The translations under genes were made by a program, and so were the position numbers. Shown piece after piece: positions 34,125 through 43,354 of a DNA stretch of 64,000 nucleotides (within the stretch, counting starts at the first letter, position 1; every line of letters starts with the position of its first letter). Origin of the DNA: Vicinamibacteria bacterium (GTDB taxonomy: Bacteria; Acidobacteriota; Vicinamibacteria; Marinacidobacterales; Marinacidobacteraceae); contig CAXXLQ010000004.1 in assembly GCA_963668695.2 (NCBI GenBank), forward strand, positions 1,088,001-1,152,000. The letters are read 5' to 3'. The notes beneath the pieces were generated by a model that had not been told where the DNA came from, did not search any database, and saw only the letters and a program-made list of their open reading frames with translations.

Positions 34125-35651
34125 ATGTTCCCTCGGGTCCCGCGGCGCTTCGGCGCCCTCTGCATCGCGTTCCTGCTTCCCGCGACCCTCCTGGCAGCCG
34201 GTAGCGAAACCCCGCCGGCCCAGGAGCGCGACCTGGATCTGGTCATCACCGGGGGCCGGGTCCTCGATCCCGAGACGGGGCTGGATGCGGTCCGCGACGT
34301 GGGGGTGGTGCGAAACGAGATCGTCGCGATCTCCCGCGAGGTGCTCCAGAACCGGCTGAAGCAGGGCGGGGTGCTGCTCGAGGCCTCGGGGAAGGTGGTA
34401 AGCCCCGGGTTCATTGACCTCCATGCCCACGGACAGTCGACCGAAGCGAACCGTTACCAGGCGATGGACGGCGTGACCACCGCGCTGGAACTCGAGGACG
34501 GCGTTCCCCGGATCGGGCGCTATCTGGAGAGCCGCGCCGGCACGGCGATCGTCCACTACGGTGCGTCGGCGCGCCACCAGGGATTGCGCCTTCTCGGGAT
34601 TCCCGGGATCGCGGAACGGGCCGGCGAAGTCCTCGTTGCCGAGAGCACCGGGGCCGAACGGAACCTTGAGCGCGCCAACCTCCTCCGGGAGGCGAACTAC
34701 ACCGGGGTCGAGGACACCGAGGCGGTGCACGCGGCGATCGCCGCCGAGATCCGGGCCGGGGGGCTGGGCATCGGGATGGCCCACCAGTACTACCCCGGCG
34801 CCACTCACACTGAGATCTTCCGCGTCTTTGAACTCGCGGCGGAATTGGATGTCCCCATCTACACCCACGTGCGCGATATGGCGGTCTCGGCGGTGCAGGA
34901 GGTGCTCGCCAACGCGCTCGCTACCGGAGCCTCGCTCCACATCGTGCACCTGAACAGCTCGAGCATCCACCATCTTCCGATCAACCTCGCCCTGATCAAG
35001 GGCGCCCGGGACGCGGGGCTGGACGTGACCACCGAGGCCTACCCCTACACCGCCGCCTCCGCCGGCATCTCCTCGGCGATCTTCGACGAGGGATGGCAGG
35101 AGAAGCTCCGGATGACCTATGGGGACATCCAGTGGCAGGACACCGGGGAACGCCTCACCGAGGAGACATTCAACTTCTTCCAGGAAGAGGGGGGCACGGT
35201 CATCTTCCACATGATGGATCCGGAGATGATCGAGTTGGCCATGCGAACTCCCTTCGTGATGGTGGCGTCGGACGGGATGCCCTACGCCCCCGGCGCCCAT
35301 CCACGGTCGGCGGGCACCTTCTCCCGGGTCCTCGGGCGCTACGTTCGCGATCAGGGAGTGCTTTCGCTTCCCGCCGCGATCAAGAAGATCACGCTGATGC
35401 CGGCCGAACGGCTGCAGGAGATCGCTCCCCTGATGCGGCGGAAGGGGCGGATCCAGATCGGCGCCATCGCCGACATCACGGTGTTCGATCCGGACACCAT
35501 CATCGACACCGCGAACTTCGAGGACGACCTGAGCTTTTCCGAGGGGGTTGCGCACGTCGTAGTGGACGGCGTCCCGGTGGTCCGTGACGGCGCGCTCGTC
35601 GAGGGCGTCTTCCCGGGCAAACCCCTGCTCGGCCGCCATACCTCGGAGTAG
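34125..35651 (+). CDS. Secreted amidohydrolase (D-aminoacylase-like), copy 2 (tandem paralog)
   Basis: Near-identical to the upstream gene over its full length. Confidence 0.9.
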   Translation: MFPRVPRRFGALCIAFLLPATLLAAGSETPPAQERDLDLVITGGRVLDPETGLDAVRDVGVVRNEIVAISREVLQNRLKQGGVLLEASGKVVSPGFIDLHAHGQSTEANRYQAMDGVTTALELEDGVPRIGRYLESRAGTAIVHYGASARHQGLRLLGIPGIAERAGEVLVAESTGAERNLERANLLREANYTGVEDTEAVHAAIAAEIRAGGLGIGMAHQYYPGATHTEIFRVFELAAELDVPIYTHVRDMAVSAVQEVLANALATGASLHIVHLNSSSIHHLPINLALIKGARDAGLDVTTEAYPYTAASAGISSAIFDEGWQEKLRMTYGDIQWQDTGERLTEETFNFFQEEGGTVIFHMMDPEMIELAMRTPFVMVASDGMPYAPGAHPRSAGTFSRVLGRYVRDQGVLSLPAAIKKITLMPAERLQEIAPLMRRKGRIQIGAIADITVFDPDTIIDTANFEDDLSFSEGVAHVVVDGVPVVRDGALVEGVFPGKPLLGRHTSE

Positions 35652-35724
35652 CCACCCCGCCCAATTCTCCGACCTGCGGCTCGCCGCCGGCCGAATCGGT
35701 TTTTGAAAACCTGTTCCTGAATCC

Positions 35725-36456
35725 GTGAACCCGTCCCCAGCGCGCTTTCTGCTGCTCCAGGTGCGCGAACCGGACGACCCGATGGCGGCGCACGAAGTGC
35801 TGCGCTTCCGGCAGGGGCTCGGGCTCGAGCCGGACCAGCTCCGGGTGTTCGATCTCCTTCAAGGGGCGCCGCCCCGGTCGCTGCTCGAGTCCGGCGACGC
35901 CGTGCTCGTCGGGGGAAGCGGGGACCACTCGGTGGTCCGGGGTGGGCCCTGGCTCGCGGGCGCGCTGGGGGCGATGGAGACCCTCCACGAACGATCCATC
36001 CCGACGTTCGGCTCCTGCTGGGGGTTCCAGGCGCTCGCCAAGGCCCTCGGCGGCCGGGTAGTGACCGATCACGCCCTCGCGGAAGTGGGGGTGGTCCCGC
36101 TTGAACTTACGGACGCGGGCCGCCGTGATCCCGTCTTCAGCCCGCTCGGCTCTCCGTTTCCGGTAGTGATGGGTCACGAGGACATCGTTACCGACCTGCC
36201 CCCGGGCGCCGTGTCTGTGGCCTCGAGCTCCACGATCGAGAACGAAGCCCTGGTGTTCTCGGGAAAGCCGATCTACGCGACCCAGTTCCATGCGGAACTG
36301 GACCGGGACGACCTTGTCCAGCGGATCGCCGCCTATCCCCCCTATCTCAAGCTCACCGGCGCCCGGTCCATCGAGGAATTCCGTGCCATCACTCCCCACA
36401 CCCCGGGCTCGGCCAGCCTCCTGCGGCGGTTTGCGGACGAGGTGGTGGAGAAATAG
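35725..36456 (+). CDS. Class I glutamine amidotransferase-like protein
   Basis: GGSG, GSCWGFQ nucleophile and TQFHAE triad. Confidence 0.9.
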   Translation: MNPSPARFLLLQVREPDDPMAAHEVLRFRQGLGLEPDQLRVFDLLQGAPPRSLLESGDAVLVGGSGDHSVVRGGPWLAGALGAMETLHERSIPTFGSCWGFQALAKALGGRVVTDHALAEVGVVPLELTDAGRRDPVFSPLGSPFPVVMGHEDIVTDLPPGAVSVASSSTIENEALVFSGKPIYATQFHAELDRDDLVQRIAAYPPYLKLTGARSIEEFRAITPHTPGSASLLRRFADEVVEK

Positions 36457-36493
36457 GGACCGCCGGTCTCTGTCTGGCATCGCTTCCCAAAAA

Positions 36494-36539
36494 GTAGGAA
36501 CGCCGCGCTTCAGAGCGGCATCGCGGCCGAAGGCCGCGA
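36494..36539 (+). repeat. REP-like double hairpin (family B)
   Basis: GTAG-GAACGCCGCGCTTCAGAGCGGC-ATCGCGGCCGAAGGCCGCGA between convergent genes. Related copies lie at about 38375, 40473, 42708, 43153, 57829 and 63545. Confidence 0.7.
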
Positions 36540-36609
36540 GCCTCCCAGACTTACCCGCTTTCGTCGCGCCGACCCAGCCGGGGATGGCGATCCGCACCCC
36601 CCCCGTTCT

Positions 36610-37368
36610 CTACCCGCTCCGCCGCACCAGCTCGGGCAGCACGGCGCCGATCTGGCCCCGGACCACGGCGTCGGCGATGTCGTCGAGCGGGGTGGGGTCC
36701 CGGTTGACGATGACCAGGCGGGCGCCGGCCTGCCGGGCCAGACGCGGGATCGACGCTGCCGGTTCGACCACCAGCGAGGAACCGACCGCGAGCATCAGGT
36801 CGCATGCCTCGGCGGCAATCAGCGCCTGCATCATCACGTCGCGCGGCATCGCCTGCCCGAACGAGATCGTCGCGGGCTTGAGCAATCCGCCGCACTGCCG
36901 GCAGCGCGGCGCCTTCTCCCCGCCCTCGATGCGCCGGCACGCCTCGTCGGAGGTGATCCGATCGTCGCAGGTCAGGCACGCCGCTTCGGTCGTGGTCCCG
37001 TGCAACTCGAGGACCTTGTCGGCGGGCAGCCCCGACCGCTGGTGCAGGCGCTCGATGTTCTGTGTGACCAGCGCGTCGAGCCGACCCTGGCGGTGGAGCT
37101 CGCAGAAGGCGTAGTGCCCCACGTTCGGCTGCGCGTCGCGCATGGCGGGCCAGCCGGCCGCCTTCTGCCGCCAGTACTCGATGCGCCCCGCCTCGCTCGA
37201 GACGAATTCCTCAAAGTCCACGATCCGGTTTTGCGCCCATACCCCGTTCGGGCTGCGAAAGTCCGGGACGCCCGACTCGGTCGAGATGCCGGCGCCGGTG
37301 AAGCCGACGATGCGCGACGCGCCTTCCACCAATCGCCGCGCTGCCTCGACCGTCGCCTCAGGGGCCAT
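36610..37368 (-). CDS. cobB: NAD-dependent protein deacylase (sirtuin)
   Basis: TGAGISTESGVPDFR, TQNIERLH, ELHG, CxxC..CxxC, GSSLVV. Confidence 0.93.
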   Translation of the reverse strand: MAPEATVEAARRLVEGASRIVGFTGAGISTESGVPDFRSPNGVWAQNRIVDFEEFVSSEAGRIEYWRQKAAGWPAMRDAQPNVGHYAFCELHRQGRLDALVTQNIERLHQRSGLPADKVLELHGTTTEAACLTCDDRITSDEACRRIEGGEKAPRCRQCGGLLKPATISFGQAMPRDVMMQALIAAEACDLMLAVGSSLVVEPAASIPRLARQAGARLVIVNRDPTPLDDIADAVVRGQIGAVLPELVRRSG

Positions 37369-37400
37369 CCTGCCTCCGTTCGAATCGGTGCCTCGCGCAG

Positions 37401-38288
37401 CTACTGCCGTTCCGCCGTGAGTTGCTTCTCGTAAAGCGCCTCGTAGTGCGCCACCAGCTTTCCGAAACCCTCGGGATCCACGAACGCTTCCGGGTCATAG
37501 GCGTCTCGCGGCCGGTACTTGTCGTGCAGACCGTACTGCGACGCGTGCGCCGCGACCCACACGTCCACCTCCGCGGCCTTCTGCCGCCGGAAGGTTTCGG
37601 CGAAGTCCTCCGCGATCCCCGGATAGGCCGGATCCTTCACCAGTCGTAGTCCCGGGTTCATGGAGCCCATGTTGGCGATGGCGACGCGGTAGTCGCGGCC
37701 GTTCTCGGCGACGGTCATGGTGTAGCTGGCGCTTCCCGGGGTGTGCCCGGGTGATTCGATCACGGTGAGCCGGGTCTTGCCCAGTTCGATCACCTCGCCA
37801 TCCCGAAGGATCCGGTCCACCGGGACCGGCGCGAAGGTGTATTCGCCCTGGAAGTGAGGATCACTGGCCCCTCCGTCCTCCAGTAGCGGCGCATCGTCGG
37901 CGGTCGCCCACACCTCCGCGCCGGTGATCTCCTTGATCTCGGCGAAGGCGGCGGCGTGGTCGTAGTGCGCCTGCATGGTGAGCAGGATCCGGACATCTTC
38001 GAGGCGGAAGCCGAGGGACTCGACGTTTTCCCGGATGAGAGGAGTGGAATCCACGAGGCCGGTGTTGATGAGGATGTGCCCCTCGTCGGAGGTGATCAGA
38101 AAGCAGCCCAGGTCGTAGGTCCCGACGGCGTAGAGGTTGCCGATCACCCGGTGGCCGGGAAAGGCCCGGCTCCATTCCTCGGGCTGGGCGGCGGCGGGGG
38201 CGCCGATCAGGAGGGCCGGGAGTGCGAAGGCCGGGAGTGCGAGGGCCAGAAGTACGAGGGCCGGGAGTGCGAGGGCCGGGCGATGCAT
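37401..38288 (-). CDS. Subclass B3 metallo-beta-lactamase (GOB-like QxHxDH)
   Basis: GNLYAVGT, LITSDEGHILINTG, MQAHYDH, PGHTPG, WVAAHASQ. The signal peptide has an ALPAL repeat. Confidence 0.9.
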   Translation of the reverse strand: MHRPALALPALVLLALALPAFALPALLIGAPAAAQPEEWSRAFPGHRVIGNLYAVGTYDLGCFLITSDEGHILINTGLVDSTPLIRENVESLGFRLEDVRILLTMQAHYDHAAAFAEIKEITGAEVWATADDAPLLEDGGASDPHFQGEYTFAPVPVDRILRDGEVIELGKTRLTVIESPGHTPGSASYTMTVAENGRDYRVAIANMGSMNPGLRLVKDPAYPGIAEDFAETFRRQKAAEVDVWVAAHASQYGLHDKYRPRDAYDPEAFVDPEGFGKLVAHYEALYEKQLTAERQ

Positions 38289-38479
38289 CCGGGGAGTATC
38301 GCCTTGTTCTGAGCATCCCCCGAGGCGGAAACCGGTGGCGCCCGGGCGGGAAGCGTCGGGGGTTTTGCCCGTTCTCGCGCTCTGAAGACCGGCGTTCCCT
38401 TCCCTGCGGCGCCATCGGGGTACGAAGGTGATTGCCACCCTACAGAGCGTCGCCGGCCCCGCTATCATCGGCTGCTGCC

Positions 38480-40449
38480 ATGGATCCTCCCACCGCTCGC
38501 CTCCCGCGCCCGGATTCACCGGGACGCTTGCCTTCCCTGATCGCCTCCCTCCTGACGTTCTTCCTGGCGTTTCCGGCGGCAGCCGCGGAACAGCCGCCGG
38601 CCGAGCCCGAAGAAACGCAAGCCGCTACCGAACAACAGGATCCGGAAGAAGAACAGGCCGCCCGCCCGTCCCATACGGAGACCGTCGTCGTCACCGCGAG
38701 CCGCGGCGCAGAAACCATCGTGGACTCGGTCGCGCTCGTGACCGCGCTCGACAGCGAAGATCTCCTGGATTCGCCGGGCGCCCTGGTGGACGAGGCCCTG
38801 AGCCGGGTGCCCGGGTTCGGACTCTTCCGGCGGAACACCAGCTTCATTTCCCACCCCACCACCACCGGGGTCTCGCTGCGCGGAATCGGCCCGAGCGGCG
38901 CGAGCCGTACCCTGGTTCTCTGGGACGGAGTGCCGCTCAACGATCCCTTCGGCAACTGGGTGTATTGGAACCGCCTGCCGACGCTCTTCCTCGACCGCAT
39001 CGAGGTGGCGCGCGGCGCTGCCAGCCCCCTCTACGGCAGCTCGGCGCTCGGCGGCACCGTGCAGCTCTTCTCGCGCCGCGCGGAGCCGGGCCTTCTACGG
39101 GCGCGGGGGCGGTTCGGCAACTTCGGGATTCAGGAGGCGGAGGTGCTCGCTTCCCATGAAAACGACGGGATTTCCGTCGTCGGGGCCGCGCGCATGCTGA
39201 ACAGCGAGGGCTACCACCGGATCCGCGCGGCGGAGCGCGGGTCGGTGGATCAGCCGGCCGGGGTGGACTTTCGTTCCATGGTCGGCCGCGCCGAGTCGGG
39301 GCCGGTCCATTTCTCGGTCAACTACTACTCCGAGGATCGCCGCAACGGCACCCCGATCCAGATCAACAGCTCCCGGCTGGTGATGCTGGAGGGCGGCATC
39401 ACCCAGGAGCGATGGGACCTCCGGGTCTTCGGCCAGGACTCGCGGCTGAACAGCGACTTTTCGCGCATCCTCCCGGGCCGTGACCGGGAGATTCCCACCT
39501 CGCAGCAGATGTACGAGTACTCGGGCGTCGGGGGAGTCTTCACGACCCAGCTCGGCGAAGGGCTCCAGGCCGGCGGCGACTGGGTGCGGTCCTCGTGGGG
39601 CGAACATGCGCAGAACCGGGTCGGCGGTTTCGTCCAGAAGCGGTTGCAACTCGGGCCGGATCTGGAGCTGCTCGCCGACGGCCGGCTGGACCTTTGGCAA
39701 AACGCGGGGACCAAAGCGAGCGTCAATCCCCGCCTCGGGGTTCGCTACCACGTCCTCCGAGCACCACGCTTCGCGCCTCGGCCTACCGCGGCTTCCGCGC
39801 CCCCTCCCTGAACGAGCTCTACCGCCCCTTCCGGGTGGGGAACGTGCGGGTGGCCGCGAACGACCAACTCGGTGAGGAAAGCCTCTACGGGGCGGAGGCG
39901 GGTCTCGATTTCTACCCGACGGAGCGCATGCTGGTGCGCGGGAACTTCTACTGGAACTCGCTCCGCGACGCGGTGGGGAACGTCACCCTCGAGGTGAACG
40001 ACGAAGGGGTCTTCCGCCAGCGCCAGAACATCGGCCGCGCCACGGCGCGCGGAGCCGAGGCCGAGATTTACGTGTACCCGGACAGCGACACCGAGTTCTT
40101 CGTCGCGTACCTGTTTTCCAATAGCTCGGTCGAGGACACGGGCCTTCGGCTCCCGCAGGTGCCGCTCCACCAAGGCGTGGTGGGCGGCGCCTGGCACGGC
40201 CCGGTGTCGGTGCGCGCCGACCTGCGTTTCGTGAGCGAGCAGTTCGAGGACGACCGCAATGAGTTGCCGATGGCGGGATTCACCTCCGTCGGCGTTCAAG
40301 TTTCCTATGCGGTCAATGACCGGCTGCGCGTCTTTCTTGCGGGGGAGAACCTGCTCGACGCCGAGATCATTTCGGCCCGCACCCCCATCGAGACCCTCGG
40401 CACCCCGCGCGCCATCCACATCGGCGTGGACGTCGACGTGTTTCGCTGA
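38480..40449 (+). CDS. TonB-dependent receptor (frameshift near 39757, probable sequencing error)
   Basis: TonB box ETVVVTA, plug LRGIG..RTLVLWDGVP, RIEVARG..LYGS. The second frame gives GFRAPSLNELY and GENLLD. The frames join with one extra C. Confidence 0.88.
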
Positions 40450-40454
40450 CCGTC

Positions 40455-42686
40455 GTGAGGGCGCGAAGGTACGGGAACGCCGGTCTTCAGACCGGCATCG
40501 CGTGCCGAAGGCGCGCGAGATACGCGACGTCCACCTCCCTCCTGGCGCTCCTTTCCTTTGGCTGCGGCTCCGAGCCGCCGCCCCCGGTGGAGTCCCCCTA
40601 CGAGGATCGCTCTGACTGGCCGGTCCGAGAACTGCGCGACGAACCGTTCGACGTCCTCCACTACCGGGTGTCTCTCGACCTGGATGAGACCACCCGGAGC
40701 ATGGAAGGAACGGTGGCAGTCACCCTGCAGGCCGAGGCCGAGATCAGCGAGGTGGCGCTCGACGCGGAGACCTACGAGGTGCGCGCCGTCCGCGCGGGCG
40801 GCGAAGATTTGGACTTCACCCACGAGGGAGGCACCCTCGCGATCGCGCTGGGCGCGCCGCTTGTCGCGGGCGAGATGCTGGTTCTCGAGATCGACTACGG
40901 CGGTTCGGACATCGACGTGGACGCCACCCAGTACGGGATGGCGGCGAACTACGACCTCGGTCTCGACTTCAAGGCGGAGACGGACGCCAACCCCCAGCTC
41001 ATCAACACGCTGTCGTTCCCCGAAGGCGCCCGGCACTGGTATCCCTCGGTGGACCACCCGGCGGACCGGGCCACCTTCGAACTCCTCGCCACCGTCCGGG
41101 AGGACTGGAAGGTGCTCTCGAACGGCCGGCTGATCGGGATCACCGAGGGAGGACGGCCGGGAACCCGGACCCACCACTGGCGGCTCGACGAACCCCACCC
41201 GACCTACCTCTCGGTGCTCGTCGCCGGTCCCTACGAGGTCATCGAGGACTTCCATGGGGATATCCCGGTGAACTACTGGGTGTATCCGCAGGCCGTGGAG
41301 GACGCCGAGCGCAGCTTCCACAAAACGCCCGCGATCATGGCGTTCTTCGACGAGGAGTACGGCGTCCCGTATCCGTGGAACAAGTACGACCAGGTCACGA
41401 TCCCCGGGATCGGGGGCGGTGCGGAAAGCACCACCGCGACCGTGCTGGGCCAGAGCACGATCCACGAGGAGCGCGCCGAGCAGGACTTCCCGAGCCACGG
41501 CCTCGTGGCCCACGAAGCGGCCCACCACTGGTGGGGAGACCTGATCTCGTACCGCGACTGGGGCGAGACCTGGCTCAGCGAGAGCTTCGCCACCTACTCC
41601 GAATACCGCTGGCACGCGAACGAGCTCGGCCGCGACGAGGCCGGCGAGAACATGCGCCGGAAGCGCGAGTCCTATCTCCGCCAGGCCGAGACCGTGCTCC
41701 GCCCGGTAGTCACGAATCAGTGGCGCCGGCCGAACGACAACTTCGACTCCCACACCTACCCGAAGGGTGCGGCGCTGCTCCGGCTGCTCCGCCACCTTAC
41801 GGGGGACGAGGAGTTCCGCGCGGGCATCAAGCACTTCCTCGAAAAGCACGCCTTCCAGCCGGTGGACACCGAGGACTTCATCGTGGCCTTCGACGAGGCC
41901 GCCGGTCAGGACATCCGCTCGTTCGTGGACATGTGGCTCCGCCGCCCGGGCCATCCGGTACTCGAGATCGAATCCAGCTGGGACGGGGATTCCGTGGAGA
42001 TGCAGATCCATCAGGTCCAGGGGCCGGAGGCCAGCATGGGAGCGGTGCCGGAGGCGTACCGCGCTCCGCTCTCCGTCCGGGTCGTCACCGCGTCGGGGTC
42101 CGAGGTCCATCCGTTCACGCTCGCGGGCCGGGAGCAGAGTCTGAGCTTCCCCGCCACCGAAGAGCCGCGTTACGTGCGGTTCGACGCGGATGACGTCCTG
42201 CTCGCGGTGCTCCGGATCGACAAGCCCGCGGCCGAGTGGATCGCCCAGCTTGGGGATGACGATGGTGCCGGACGCCGCCGGGCGGCGGTCGCGCTCGGCG
42301 AGATGGGGGGTGACGAGGCCCGCGCCGCGCTACGCGCTGCCGTCGGCTCCGACCCCTTCTGGGCGGTCCGGCAGGCGGCGATCGCCGGGCTCGACCCGGG
42401 AGACGGGGAGGACGCCGAGACGTTGCGGACGGTGGCCGCTGAAGACGCGAAGTCCGACGTGCGGACCTCGGCGCTCGCCCGGCTGGGCGGTTCGGCGGGG
42501 GCGGAGTTCCTGATCGAGCGGTTCCGGAACGATTCCAGCTACCGGGCCCAGGCTGCCGCCGTCACCGCGCTGGGTGAGATCGGGGAAGATGCGGTCAGCG
42601 CCGTGCTTGAGGAAGCGGCCGCGATGGCGTCGCCGCGGGACATCGTGGGCCGCGCCGCCCGGGCAGCGATGGGCGGGAGCCGGTAG
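40455..42686 (+). CDS. M1 family zinc aminopeptidase lipoprotein with C-terminal HEAT repeats
   Basis: Lipobox SFGC, GGAES, HEAAH...WLSESFA, YPKGA, and HEAT-like repeats. Confidence 0.92.
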   Translation: MRARRYGNAGLQTGIACRRRARYATSTSLLALLSFGCGSEPPPPVESPYEDRSDWPVRELRDEPFDVLHYRVSLDLDETTRSMEGTVAVTLQAEAEISEVALDAETYEVRAVRAGGEDLDFTHEGGTLAIALGAPLVAGEMLVLEIDYGGSDIDVDATQYGMAANYDLGLDFKAETDANPQLINTLSFPEGARHWYPSVDHPADRATFELLATVREDWKVLSNGRLIGITEGGRPGTRTHHWRLDEPHPTYLSVLVAGPYEVIEDFHGDIPVNYWVYPQAVEDAERSFHKTPAIMAFFDEEYGVPYPWNKYDQVTIPGIGGGAESTTATVLGQSTIHEERAEQDFPSHGLVAHEAAHHWWGDLISYRDWGETWLSESFATYSEYRWHANELGRDEAGENMRRKRESYLRQAETVLRPVVTNQWRRPNDNFDSHTYPKGAALLRLLRHLTGDEEFRAGIKHFLEKHAFQPVDTEDFIVAFDEAAGQDIRSFVDMWLRRPGHPVLEIESSWDGDSVEMQIHQVQGPEASMGAVPEAYRAPLSVRVVTASGSEVHPFTLAGREQSLSFPATEEPRYVRFDADDVLLAVLRIDKPAAEWIAQLGDDDGAGRRRAAVALGEMGGDEARAALRAAVGSDPFWAVRQAAIAGLDPGDGEDAETLRTVAAEDAKSDVRTSALARLGGSAGAEFLIERFRNDSSYRAQAAAVTALGEIGEDAVSAVLEEAAAMASPRDIVGRAARAAMGGSR

Positions 42687-42812
42687 CGAAGAAGCGCGGG
42701 GACGGCTTGGAACGCCGGCCTCCGGCCGGCATCGCGCGGGAGCGCGAAACCAGCGCCCAGCCTTCCCATCACGCGGGACGACTTTGAGATCGGCTGGTTT
42801 GAGCAACAGGGG

Positions 42813-42990
42813 AGCCTCGAGGCGATTCTGCGCGATGCCTTCGCGGGCCGGCTCGTCCCTCAGGACCCACCGGACGAACCGGTGTCCGCCCTTCTCGGAC
42901 GCATCGCGGCGGACCGCAAGAGCCGTGGCAGTCGTGCCAAGCCATTGAAAAGGCGCGCCACCAGGCCCCGTCGCCATTTCTGGTTGACCG
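42813..42990 (+). pseudogene. Remnant of type I restriction-modification specificity subunit (HsdS C-terminus)
   Basis: The frame reads AILRDAFAGRLVPQDPPDEPVSALLGRIAADR, matching the conserved HsdS tail (AF.G.LVPQDP.DEPAS.LL.RI). No start and no TRDs; flanked by REP-like repeats. Confidence 0.7.
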
Positions 42991-43354
42991 GGTGGCCCGC
43001 TGACCGGACAACCGCCGTCGCCATCCGGGCTCGCAGCGTTTGTTTATCGCGCGGCCCGTCGGGCCGCAATGCTGGCCCCCCACCGGGAGAACTGGCCAGA
43101 GGTCGGCGTTCCCGTGCCTGCATCCCGTCAGGGAGGGCACGGATACGCGGTTTCGCGGCCCTGCGGGCCGAGGTGCCGGTCTGAAGACCGGTGTTCCCTT
43201 GCCTGCGCGCTATCCGGGCTGTCGGCGCCCCGCGGCGACTGCATTTGCACAGCAACTGGCGGTGTTCCCTGCCCGGCGGCGCCATTTGGGTAGGCAGCAT
43301 GATGTGTGTTTCGGTCCGACCCTAGTACGATGGGCCGTTCTGGAGACGCCGCCG

